From positions 46,055 to 66,054 of IMG/VR virus record IMGVR_UViG_3300021079_000006: a DNA stretch of 20,000 nt; one strand, 5' to 3'. Below the pieces are notes generated by a model. It did no database searches, was not told the DNA's origin, and was given only the letters and a program-made list of their open reading frames with translations. This stretch comes from an uncultured virus (IMG/VR IMGVR_UViG_3300021079_000006). Lineage: Duplodnaviria; Heunggongvirae; Uroviricota; Caudoviricetes. The translations under genes and the position numbers were made by a program. Below, piece by piece: positions 8,073-15,661 of this stretch (its first letter is position 1; each line of letters opens with the position of its first letter).

Positions 8073-8082
8073 GTTGTTTTTT

Positions 8083-8349
8083 TTAAAATAAAACTGTTTT
8101 TGTGGCTATAGCGACCCGTTCGTACACATCGTCGTCCGAGTACGCCTGAAATACTATCCCGCCTCCGTACTGCTTGTTGTGGAAGCGTTTACCTCCAAGT
8201 TTGCGGGCTTTCTTTAGCGCAAACTCGTACAAGTCTACAAGAGTAAGCGCGGAGCGTTCTTCGGGCGTAATGAATGCGAGGAAATGGATGACCCGGCGCG
8301 GGTTGCCATTAATGTCGTTCTTGATGCGAGTGATGCTGTAGTCGTTCAT
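8083..8349 (-). CDS. Conserved phage early hypothetical protein
   Basis: Likely start MNDYSITRIKNDINGNPRRVIHFL...GGKRFHNKQYGGGIVFQ, 7 nt after the upstream stop. Confidence 0.7.
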   Translation of the reverse strand: MNDYSITRIKNDINGNPRRVIHFLAFITPEERSALTLVDLYEFALKKARKLGGKRFHNKQYGGGIVFQAYSDDDVYERVAIATKTVLF

Positions 8350-8356
8350 AAAATAA

Positions 8357-8875
8357 TTAAGCCAAAAGTTCTGATGCGTAGCCTCCAAAGTATTTTCCTC
8401 GGGCGTTGCCAAGCAGGTCGGCAAAGTTATCAAACTCAAATTGGGAGGGATTATCCCGAATGTATTTGATGCGTTCTGATGCCGAATAGCAGTCCGCCCA
8501 AACCCTGTGCGCCTCTTCATACTCGCGCCGGGACAAGTCCTCGTCATCAAGCACGGGGTAGTCCTCGAGGGACAGGTGGATATCAAGAGCGATCTCGTAA
8601 TCGGTCGTCCCTTCCCGGACTGCGAGGTACTCGATCCAGCCACAGGCCCAGTGCCCGATGCGGACAACCTCTACGTTCTCGCCCTCACCTCCGAGTTGCT
8701 CGAGGGCTACCTCGAAGTTGGAGTTTGCGAGCAGGTCAGAGTCACGGTTGCGGGCGACCACAACGCCCCATCCATCGTCCGGGAGTTGCCCGGCATAGTT
8801 GGACAGCGAATCGAGGCCAGTAGGGCTAGAAACAGCCTTTCTGAGCGAAGGCAGGGAGAATTCAGTTTTGTTCAT
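8357..8875 (-). CDS. Conserved acidic phage early protein
   Basis: RDSDLLANSNF...GHWACGWIE...DYPVLDDEDLS motifs recurrent in phage hypotheticals; first gene after a promoter. Confidence 0.7.
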   Translation of the reverse strand: MNKTEFSLPSLRKAVSSPTGLDSLSNYAGQLPDDGWGVVVARNRDSDLLANSNFEVALEQLGGEGENVEVVRIGHWACGWIEYLAVREGTTDYEIALDIHLSLEDYPVLDDEDLSRREYEEAHRVWADCYSASERIKYIRDNPSQFEFDNFADLLGNARGKYFGGYASELLA

Positions 8876-8920
8876 AAATGTACAGTGTTTGAGTTAGATG
8901 GTTGCTTGCTGACTGAGGAC

Positions 8921-8949
8921 ATCCAACCATACCACTCGTTGTCTGGCAA
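8921..8949 (-). promoter_or_regulatory. Putative early promoter
   Basis: TTGCCA-N17-TTGGAT (alternative extended -10 TGGTATGGT) with an A-tract upstream. Confidence 0.4.
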
Positions 8950-9011
8950 CTTAATTTGCATTCTTTTTTTAAGCTGCCCGCAAGTGACGCAAGCCCAGCG
9001 TTTTACGGAAC

Positions 9012-9051
9012 AAAAAAAAGCACCAACGAACTTAACCGTTGGCGTTTTTTT
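9012..9051. terminator. Intrinsic terminator ending the replication operon
   Basis: Minus strand A7-CGCCAACG-GTTAAGTT-CGTTGGTG-C-T8. Confidence 0.8.
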
Positions 9052-9060
9052 ACATTTTCA

Positions 9061-9228
9061 TCACCAGTTTTTGTCCTCTGGCTCGCCATCTGGCTCAAAT
9101 ATCTCTCCGCAATCTAAGCATTTGGCTGAATCTGTGCCGTTTGGGACGACAACGCCGTTGCATTTAGGGCATTCTGATTCTTCTTCGTCTCGGTCGTCGA
9201 AATCTCCCGGAAATCCTGTGCAAGTCAT
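9061..9228 (-). CDS. Small acidic zinc-ribbon protein (55 aa)
   Basis: Manual translation MTCTGFPGDFDDRDEEESECPKCNGVVVPNGTDSAKCLDCGEIFEPDGEPEDKNW*; CxxC...CxxC; ATGA overlap. Confidence 0.7.
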   Translation of the reverse strand: MTCTGFPGDFDDRDEEESECPKCNGVVVPNGTDSAKCLDCGEIFEPDGEPEDKNW

Positions 9229-9521
9229 TGTTTTTGTTTGGTTAAGAATTCGAGTTTCACTTGCAATACGGCTCTCGCCTTTGCCGACGCCAACTGAAGG
9301 CGCTGGTAGTCGATTAGCCTGACAACACGGCCAACAAGGGAATCTTCAAGGTGCATTGGCTCATACACTTCCAGATCGTCGCACCCTTTTTCAATTGCAT
9401 CAAATTCCTTTAACATCTTTGCTACCTTTTCTTTAAGGGCGTCACGTTCAATCCGCAGCAACGTAAACTGCTGGGATTCCGAGAGGATAATTCGTTCGTC
9501 TGTTTGTATTGTGTTTTCCAT
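9225..9521 (-). CDS. Hypothetical coiled-coil protein
   Basis: Likely start MENTIQ at 9521, 1 nt after the upstream stop. Confidence 0.55.
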   Translation of the reverse strand: MENTIQTDERIILSESQQFTLLRIERDALKEKVAKMLKEFDAIEKGCDDLEVYEPMHLEDSLVGRVVRLIDYQRLQLASAKARAVLQVKLEFLTKQKQ

Positions 9522-9522
9522 G

Positions 9523-10188
9523 TTAAACTGTTCTGTATGAGGGCCAATCGCACACTGCAACGCCCCCGGTTTCAAGTATGCGGCTAGATATGCTTTCGCC
9601 AACGGATTGAAGAAATGTTTCCTTGGTCTGATTTGAGATAAGGAGCGTATCTCTTTCGGACTGATAGCGTCTATCGATTAGGTGGGTAAGTAGGCGATCC
9701 TCCCAAGCTGTTTCTCCTCGTTCCTGCATTTCGTCGAGCACCAAGTAGGCGGGGGCGCAGTAACGCTCGATCACATCTTTCTCAGATCCGCCCTTGTCCC
9801 TAAAGGACTCTTTGATGTCTATAAAGAACCCCATCGCCGTTGCGTACAATGGGCGTTTCCCGGCGTTTGCAATCATCTTGGCTATCTGCACCGCCATTTG
9901 AGTCTTCCCGGTGCCCCTGCGCCCTACCAGCGCAATAATGAATCCAGTGCCAAGTCGCTTCTCCACCCGAGCCTGAACTTTCAGCCAATGCCCCCCTTGC
10001 AGGTCAACGGAAGTAACATTGCGGTGCCGTGGCGGGATGTTCGCTTTCGCGAGGTACTCGATGCCCTTTTCACGGAGCATCCGAGTCTCCTGCTCTTTCT
10101 CGCGTTGCTGGATCTCGTCCTTAGACAAGGTCAGGAACCTCGATTGTTTCAACAAACTCTCTGCTACGTTTTTCGCTTCGGTGATCAT
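9523..10188 (-). CDS. DnaC/IstB-like AAA+ helicase loader
   Basis: Walker A GRRGTGKT, Walker B LVLDEMQ, LIDRRY, LISN; follows the initiator gene. Confidence 0.85.
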   Translation of the reverse strand: MITEAKNVAESLLKQSRFLTLSKDEIQQREKEQETRMLREKGIEYLAKANIPPRHRNVTSVDLQGGHWLKVQARVEKRLGTGFIIALVGRRGTGKTQMAVQIAKMIANAGKRPLYATAMGFFIDIKESFRDKGGSEKDVIERYCAPAYLVLDEMQERGETAWEDRLLTHLIDRRYQSERDTLLISNQTKETFLQSVGESISSRILETGGVAVCDWPSYRTV

Positions 10189-10915
10189 GGTTGATTTTTG
10201 ACTTTTCCTGCTGTTCGTAAAACTGACTGTACCCGGCTGCCATTGCCGCCCTGAGCGCTGGAATGGCTTTCTCTAGCCCTAGATCCTCGGCTCTCAGCAA
10301 AGCATTGCGAAGTGCCGTTGGGGTCATGGGCTTTTTGATCTCGACTCTGTGCTGCTGAAATTCCGCAAAAACAGATTTAAATTCAACAGTATCGAACCCC
10401 GCAGGGTAATCAATTTCCCCCGCAGGGGGATTAAGGGGGGTGCTCTTTAATTTGGTTCTTGGTTTATGGTTCTTGGTTCTTGGTTCTTGGTTCTTGGTTG
10501 GTATACCAGTGTCCGTATACGGCGACTGGTATACCGTGGGTATGTTTTCTGATACCGTCGGTATGTTTTCCGATACCGCCGGTATACCGTCGGTATTTTT
10601 AGACCACCGCTTGGAAACTCTGGCCCTCTGTTGTTCTGAGAGTGATTGATACTTTTCCAGCTCTTTGTCGGCTCGCTTATGCGACCAAACGCCGTTGCAG
10701 TGAGAAAAGAACTCCCGCAAAACTCGTTCCACGGCTTCGCGTTCGTCCTGTGCCCGGGCGGACAGCTTTCGGATCAGGTCGTCAACAGTGAGTTGAAGCG
10801 GTCCGTTGTTAAGGTAGTAGAGATCGAGCAGGCGGCTGTAAACGCCGTGCTCAAGTAGGGACAGGTGACCTGTGTCACGCAGGTAGTCCCCAATGTGTCG
10901 AGGGTAATGGTTCAT
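10121..10915 (-). CDS. DUF1376 (YdaU-like) replication initiator
   Basis: MNHYPRHIGDYLRDTGHLSLLEHGVYSRLLDLYY N-terminus (likely start 10915), low-complexity repeat linker and C-terminal helical domain. Confidence 0.85.
   Translation of the reverse strand: MNHYPRHIGDYLRDTGHLSLLEHGVYSRLLDLYYLNNGPLQLTVDDLIRKLSARAQDEREAVERVLREFFSHCNGVWSHKRADKELEKYQSLSEQQRARVSKRWSKNTDGIPAVSENIPTVSENIPTVYQSPYTDTGIPTKNQEPRTKNHKPRTKLKSTPLNPPAGEIDYPAGFDTVEFKSVFAEFQQHRVEIKKPMTPTALRNALLRAEDLGLEKAIPALRAAMAAGYSQFYEQQEKSKINHDHRSEKRSREFVETIEVPDLV
10451..10596. repeat. Putative replication origin: iterons and heptamer array inside the initiator gene
   Basis: Seven copies of (C/T)(T/A)TGGTT at 10451-10499; 36-bp imperfect palindrome at 10500-10535; ATACCGYSGGTAT at 10531, 10552, 10573 (21-bp period) and 10584. 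Confidence 0.7.
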
Positions 10916-11330
10916 CGATTGAATAAATTGATAGATTGATGGATGGGGACTCCCCCTTGGCAGCGTAGACCTTTTCAACGGTCGCCCGGACGATCTGCCC
11001 GTCGTCCTCCCAAAAGCCCTCCAAGGCATCTTGCGTGCCTTTGCAGAGGTTGTCCCAGTCGGGGCGAGCGTCCATCCACATGCGCCCCTCTGGGTCTTTT
11101 TTCCGCTGTAGCCGCTGCGGGCGGGCCATCACAAATAACACTTCAATTCCCATCGGCCCGGTGATGGCGGCTACGGGCCGATGTTGGTTTGCAAACAGGC
11201 GTATCGCGTCCAGATACCTCGTCGTGCGCTTGTCCTTGAAGAAGACTGGCTTGCCTCCTTTAATAAACATTCGCTTGCCCCCGGTCTGAACTGGGATGGC
11301 CTCAACGGGTATCTGGAACGTGACCCTCAT
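10875..11330 (-). CDS. rusA: RusA-family Holliday junction resolvase
   Basis: RPDWDNLCKGTQDAL...WEDDGQIV catalytic motif. Confidence 0.9.
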   Translation of the reverse strand: MRVTFQIPVEAIPVQTGGKRMFIKGGKPVFFKDKRTTRYLDAIRLFANQHRPVAAITGPMGIEVLFVMARPQRLQRKKDPEGRMWMDARPDWDNLCKGTQDALEGFWEDDGQIVRATVEKVYAAKGESPSINLSIYSIDEPLPSTHWGLPA

Positions 11331-11332
11331 GC

Positions 11333-11932
11333 CTAGAACGGGATGTCGTCGTCGGTCAGATCAATCGGGTCCGATGCGTACACCGTGCGCTGCGGAGTTG
11401 CCGGGCGGGACGCTGGAGCGGCTGCTGGAGCTGCCCCGGTCTCGGCCTGAATGGACTTCGCCACGGCTTGCAGCTTCCGGGACAACGCCGACATTTTGGT
11501 GCGGTCGAGCGGTGTTCCCGCCGGGCGGGCGTCGGGATCGTTGAGCCACGTCGCTTCATACATAGGCTCGCCCTTTTTTGTGTACGCTAGCTCCCGGCCT
11601 CCATTCTGGCCAGCCTTGGTCCGCTGCTCGATTGTCACGAGCACTGCCCGGCCTTCGAGGAACCCGTCGCCTTGAGCCAGTAGGTCAAACCAGTTTGCCG
11701 GGGCCTTGAGAGCCTCAAGAAGCATGCGAGACGTGCGTGCTATTGATTTATCGGACGAGATATACCCCTCCCAGATGATAGTGCATCCGCCCTGCGCGGG
11801 ATCTTCTGGATCGATGACAAGAGGTATGCGGACAAACTCCGCTCCGTTGTCGGTTTCTGACAACCAACCCCCGGTCGTGGGGCGCTGGACATATGCCCGG
11901 AAACGTCCGGGTTGCGTGATGTATTTGCTCAT
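11333..11932 (-). CDS. Single-stranded DNA-binding protein (DUF669-like)
   Basis: Beta-rich N-domain, Ala/Pro linker and acidic tail DDDIPF; follows the Sak4-like gene. Confidence 0.7.
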   Translation of the reverse strand: MSKYITQPGRFRAYVQRPTTGGWLSETDNGAEFVRIPLVIDPEDPAQGGCTIIWEGYISSDKSIARTSRMLLEALKAPANWFDLLAQGDGFLEGRAVLVTIEQRTKAGQNGGRELAYTKKGEPMYEATWLNDPDARPAGTPLDRTKMSALSRKLQAVAKSIQAETGAAPAAAPASRPATPQRTVYASDPIDLTDDDIPF

Positions 11933-11934
11933 GG

Positions 11935-12813
11935 TTATTGTAGTGACTGAAGTTTAACTATCCCTGCCTTAATGCGGTCAGCTGGAAGGGTTTCAATTGG
12001 GGTTTTGGTATACGCAACCTTCTGCTCTTTTGTGAGCGTTGAGGTGGTGAGTAGTGCAGTGAATTCCTGACGCAACTTTGCTGGAGAATTGGCGTCAACT
12101 GCGGCTGCAAACTCTTCGTAAGACAGGTTCAACGTCTCTGGCAGTGAGAGGCGATTCTTGGCATCCCAGCCCGGGCTCCAACAAGTCTGAATGATGCGGC
12201 CTCCACCGATAGTCTTGTCTGGCTTGCCCCCAGCGGACTTAGTTTTGAACACCTCGTACACGGCGAACAGGCAAGCGTCTGGCCATTCCCGGAGAATCCC
12301 GGTGAATCCCTTGTGCCCCTTCATCTCGTAACGGTCCCACTGCTCGCCCCCGGGCTGAGTAAAGGTCTTAATCTGGACGTGGCTGAGAAGAATGATGCCA
12401 AACTTCTGGCGTTCTCGGAGCGTGTCGAGTTTGTTGAGCAGTGCAGACAGCTCGAACTCGGCAACCTTGTAGCCTTTGCCAAAGCCGTAGCTTTCAATGT
12501 TAGTCTGGCCATCTCTTTTACAGACGTACCCGTGGATAGACCGCTCCAAGGAGTCTGTGGTGTCAACTACGAGGGTTTTGAAATCCCCGGGATTGGTGGT
12601 CAACTCATCGACTGTGGCCAGCGTGTCACCAAACGAGTCAGGGGTGATGCGGGCGACATGATCGAGCCCAGTGAGCCCTTGCTCTTGGCTGATAAACAAC
12701 GGCGATGGCGCTGCTGCTCCAAATGTTGACTTACCGATGCCTTCTGGACCGGAAAGAAGGATGCGTGGGGGGAGGGATTCTCCGCCTCGTTTAATTTTTG
12801 CTAGTATGCTCAT
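11935..12813 (-). CDS. Sak4-like (AAA_24) single-strand annealing ATPase
   Basis: GPEGIGKST, TLVVDTTDSLE, YGFGKGY, AKNR motifs; context of exonuclease-Sak4-SSB. Confidence 0.85.
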   Translation of the reverse strand: MSILAKIKRGGESLPPRILLSGPEGIGKSTFGAAAPSPLFISQEQGLTGLDHVARITPDSFGDTLATVDELTTNPGDFKTLVVDTTDSLERSIHGYVCKRDGQTNIESYGFGKGYKVAEFELSALLNKLDTLRERQKFGIILLSHVQIKTFTQPGGEQWDRYEMKGHKGFTGILREWPDACLFAVYEVFKTKSAGGKPDKTIGGGRIIQTCWSPGWDAKNRLSLPETLNLSYEEFAAAVDANSPAKLRQEFTALLTTSTLTKEQKVAYTKTPIETLPADRIKAGIVKLQSLQ

Positions 12814-12823
12814 ATGTATCGAT

Positions 12824-13879
12824 TTACTGGTTAACTACGAAGTGCCGCAGAAACTCTTCTGCCGCGTTGTGGAAGCCTGTGCCAAGAGCAAGGGCTTCGT
12901 CAATCTCTCCCAGCCTTTTTGTTGGCTGTTCGTAACGGAGAAAGTGATACCTGCTGCACTTGCGAAGTGCCGTCAGGCGCGAGTTGGTCAGGAGCTGTTT
13001 TTCTCCTTCCTTGAGGGTCAGCTCTGCGTGTTTTGTCGCAGGTCCGAATCGGATGTTGTCCACGGTCGCCCGGCCTGCGCACAGGTCGTAGAACTCGCAG
13101 GTTCCGTACTGCGTGCACGCTCCCGGGTTTCGTGGCCATAGGTTGCGATTGCGGAAATACAGAAGTTGCTGGGACATGGCCCACGCATCCCCCATGTACT
13201 CAAGCAGGTCGTTGTCGGTGCGTCCGACTTCCTTTACAGCAAAGTAAGAATCCCGCTTTTCATTGATCTCACCAAGCGTCCGGGCGGATAACTCCTCGAG
13301 GGTCTCTGGCCGGGTTTGTAAGACGTACCCGGCGTCAGTGTCCGCCGTCTGTCTCCACTTTTTTCCGTCCTTTGTGCGTACCCGCTCCCCGGCTGCGTCG
13401 AGGACGATCTTGACGCCCTCCTCGTCCAGCAACGGAATGTTGCCAAGCTTATACCCGGGCTTGCGGACAACGTCGTACACGACCGTGTTGGCGTCGATGC
13501 CCCGGGAGCGCAGGCTTAGGATGTACTTGCTGATCTGGGTGTCCATTGTGAGACGCCCCCAATACATCGAGTCGGCGTCGATTGAGTCGCTGGTCGTTTT
13601 GTGCTCGAGGACCTTGAGCACCCCGGTCTGCTTGTGACGCAGGACCCCGTCGATCTTCCCGGCTTCGAGGAAAGACCGAGAGGGAGCCTCGGTCTCCGGG
13701 TTTAGCAGTGGGAACGTGAATTCCGACTCCACTTCAAGAACGTCGTGCGCCTCGAGCACCGGGATGAATGACTCCACCCAGCCCATGAATAGGCCCCGGG
13801 CTTTGGCCAGCGCCACGTCGGTTGCCGGGACCCGGGAAAGACCGCCAGTGACTGCGGTACGATAGATTGATGTGTCCAT
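12824..13879 (-). CDS. Cas4/AddB-like PD-(D/E)XK exonuclease, apparently circularly permuted
   Basis: EVESEF, GKIDGV and LEHKTT catalytic motifs; Cys triad C255/C261/C267; the family's usual N-terminal motif (TNSRL...CSRYHFLRY...ALALGTGFH) sits at the C-terminus. Confidence 0.85.
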   Translation of the reverse strand: MDTSIYRTAVTGGLSRVPATDVALAKARGLFMGWVESFIPVLEAHDVLEVESEFTFPLLNPETEAPSRSFLEAGKIDGVLRHKQTGVLKVLEHKTTSDSIDADSMYWGRLTMDTQISKYILSLRSRGIDANTVVYDVVRKPGYKLGNIPLLDEEGVKIVLDAAGERVRTKDGKKWRQTADTDAGYVLQTRPETLEELSARTLGEINEKRDSYFAVKEVGRTDNDLLEYMGDAWAMSQQLLYFRNRNLWPRNPGACTQYGTCEFYDLCAGRATVDNIRFGPATKHAELTLKEGEKQLLTNSRLTALRKCSRYHFLRYEQPTKRLGEIDEALALGTGFHNAAEEFLRHFVVNQ

Positions 13880-13880
13880 G

Positions 13881-14498
13881 TTAGATTTCGGTTTCTGCTT
13901 CTTCTGTTTCGATTAATTCGTCGTCTCCGTCAACCCGGCGATTGGCAACAAGCTCTGGGTAGCCGCAAGTGATTAGGTTTCTACGGAGCGTTGTGCTGCT
14001 CAACAACTGGTTGTTTTTAAAACCAACGACCCACTGGTCAAACTTGGAAAACTGGCCCTTCTCCCCGGCAATAGTGTCGCCCACGATGTCCCACCAGATA
14101 ACGCAAGCTGTGTGCGCTCGTTCTGGCTCTGGAAGAAAGCCGACTTGCCATACCCATTCCTGCACCTTTCTGCCTTTTTTTAGGACACTGAACTCTTGAG
14201 TGGCATAATAAAGCGCCTCCTCTTCCAATGTGTAAGGTCTCCACGAGTTTTCATAAATTGAGTCACAGACTCGATAAAGCGCTAAAAACTGACTTGGACT
14301 TAATTTAAGTTCCGCTACTTCGGCATCCCGATTTTTAGGCTCCATGCGATTGATAAGCACAACCCTTCTTAACATTGAGGTGGCGCTGAAGTTCCCGGCA
14401 ACCGCTTTGAGCATTGAGACCTGTTTTGCATCGGACCCGGTGACGGCCTGTAGCAGACCTCGGGCAATTTTGCTGTCCCACTTTTTGAGTGTTTTCAT
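13881..14498 (-). CDS. Hypothetical protein (205 aa)
   Basis: TAATG coupling with the upstream gene; acidic tail. Confidence 0.65.
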   Translation of the reverse strand: MKTLKKWDSKIARGLLQAVTGSDAKQVSMLKAVAGNFSATSMLRRVVLINRMEPKNRDAEVAELKLSPSQFLALYRVCDSIYENSWRPYTLEEEALYYATQEFSVLKKGRKVQEWVWQVGFLPEPERAHTACVIWWDIVGDTIAGEKGQFSKFDQWVVGFKNNQLLSSTTLRRNLITCGYPELVANRRVDGDDELIETEEAETEI

Positions 14499-14713
14499 TA
14501 TTCAAGACGTGAAAGGGTTTCGATTGCTGTGAAGAAGGTGATGGCGAGAAGCGCCAGAATGGCGAGGAACTCGTATGGGGTTTGCGCCAGCCTGTAGAGC
14601 CAGTACACGTCTGCTGCGCCAAGGACGAGCAGCGCCACAACAAAGGGCAGTGGGCGCTCTGGAGCCCGGTCTGCGGGGCTGCTGGGGAGGAGAATGCGAG
14701 GTGGTTTAGACAT
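14498..14713 (-). CDS. Small membrane protein, two predicted TM helices
   Basis: Hydrophobic segments LPFVVALLVLGAADVYWLY and FLAILALLAITFFTAI. Confidence 0.65.
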   Translation of the reverse strand: MSKPPRILLPSSPADRAPERPLPFVVALLVLGAADVYWLYRLAQTPYEFLAILALLAITFFTAIETLSRLE

Positions 14714-14746
14714 ATGATCGATTAATTTTAATTATTACACTCTGAC

Positions 14747-14797
14747 GGCCTCGTCAGCGCCCGCATTACGGGTCGGACCCCCGGAGGGGTTTCGGCC
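14747..14797 (-). ncRNA. Type II hammerhead ribozyme
   Basis: Minus strand GGCC GAAA CCCC TCCG GGGG TC^ CG A CCCG TAATG CGGG CG CTGACGA GGCC: complete CUGANGA/GAAA/GUC core with stems I, II and III all pairing. Confidence 0.9.
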
Positions 14798-14970
14798 TAG
14801 GCTTTACGCACACTGTAGTCAATACCTTCTAGCCCCCCGTTTTCACTAAGGTGCTGGCGGGCCAACTTCCTTGCGTCCTCGGAAGTTACGGCCTCAACTG
14901 TGAAACTGCCATTACAAGAGGAAGGATAGTAGCGGCAAGAATAAGAGCAGATGAAGGATGCGGCGTTCAT
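14797..14970 (-). CDS. Small early protein (57 aa)
   Basis: Manual translation MNAASFICSYSCRYYPSSCNGSFTVEAVTSEDARKLARQHLSENGGLEGIDYSVRKA*; A-rich leader downstream of a promoter. Confidence 0.6.
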   Translation of the reverse strand: MNAASFICSYSCRYYPSSCNGSFTVEAVTSEDARKLARQHLSENGGLEGIDYSVRKA

Positions 14971-15012
14971 TGGATTAGTTTATTTTTAAGGTTCACTGCG
15001 ACCGACGAAATG

Positions 15013-15041
15013 AACTTATTCCACATCCATTTTACTGGCGA
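15013..15041 (-). promoter_or_regulatory. Putative early promoter of the recombination/replication operon
   Basis: TCGCCA-N17-TAAGTT with AT-rich upstream element. Confidence 0.45.
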
Positions 15042-15102
15042 GCAATTTGTGAATTTATTTTCAGATCTTTTCCACAAAAACACACAAGTGGCTAGTTTTA
15101 AA

Positions 15103-15276
15103 CTAGTAGCGATAGGTGGTTTTTGCCCCTTTTTTCTTTATTGGTGTTCCCAAAACAGGCCCGCGACCTTGAATTTTGTCAAAATTGGCGCGAAACTTTA
15201 CGCGGTCTACCGGGCGAGCTTCATCTCCTTTTCCTGCGCCGTGTCCAAACTGGTTAGATGCAATTGGTTGCGACAT
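15103..15276 (-). CDS. Small basic phage protein (57 aa)
   Basis: Manual translation containing GAGKGDEARPVDRVKFRANFDKI, a recurrent phage motif. Confidence 0.65.
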   Translation of the reverse strand: MSQPIASNQFGHGAGKGDEARPVDRVKFRANFDKIQGRGPVLGTPIKKKGAKTTYRY

Positions 15277-15463
15277 GCGGATCGATGTTAAATGTGATGT
15301 TTTTTTCTATCAATAGCTGATCAGAACGAAAGTGCCGAATGCGCCCGTCATGCAGCGCAACGGCCCAAACGTCGTTTGCAAAAGTCCCTGATTCAGAGAC
15401 ATATATTGCCATGCCGTCGCCTAGATCCGTTTTCACCGGGATGGGGCGTCTGAATTCAAGCAT
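15254..15463 (-). CDS. Conserved small phage protein (69 aa)
   Basis: EFRRPIPVKTDLGDGMAIYV...NDVWAVAL...IRHF pattern. Confidence 0.65.
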   Translation of the reverse strand: MLEFRRPIPVKTDLGDGMAIYVSESGTFANDVWAVALHDGRIRHFRSDQLLIEKNITFNIDPHVATNCI

Positions 15464-15466
15464 TAC

Positions 15467-15661
15467 TTACAGCAGTTTTTTGTGGGGATGCCCTGCATTC
15501 CCTTTTTGAGACCGCCAATCTTGCCGTTTAACTTTTTCTTTGTCTTCGGACTTAATCTGCTGTTCATCAACTCGTTTTGAGTCTCTGTGATTTCGATATG
15601 GCGCTTGAGGTGCGGATTTTTGTGGGTCATAACGTGGGATCTTTGCGGGAGGAAAGCGCAT
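15467..15661 (-). CDS. Small basic hypothetical protein
   Basis: Co-oriented, packed ORF; K/R-rich. Confidence 0.5.
   Translation of the reverse strand: MRFPPAKIPRYDPQKSAPQAPYRNHRDSKRVDEQQIKSEDKEKVKRQDWRSQKGNAGHPHKKLL

Noticed and set aside
8507..9322. 271-aa plus-strand ORF
   Set aside because: Crosses a terminator, a promoter and three better-supported minus-strand genes; no motifs.
10451..10596. Repeats as a CRISPR array
   Set aside because: Units are 7-21 bp without unique spacers and lie in frame within the initiator gene.
12824..13879. cas4 as part of a CRISPR-Cas locus
   Set aside because: No array or other cas genes; the context is a phage exonuclease-Sak4-SSB recombination module.
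14851..15291. 146-aa plus-strand ORF as a divergent repressor
   Set aside because: No HTH pattern; overlaps two minus-strand small genes and a promoter.
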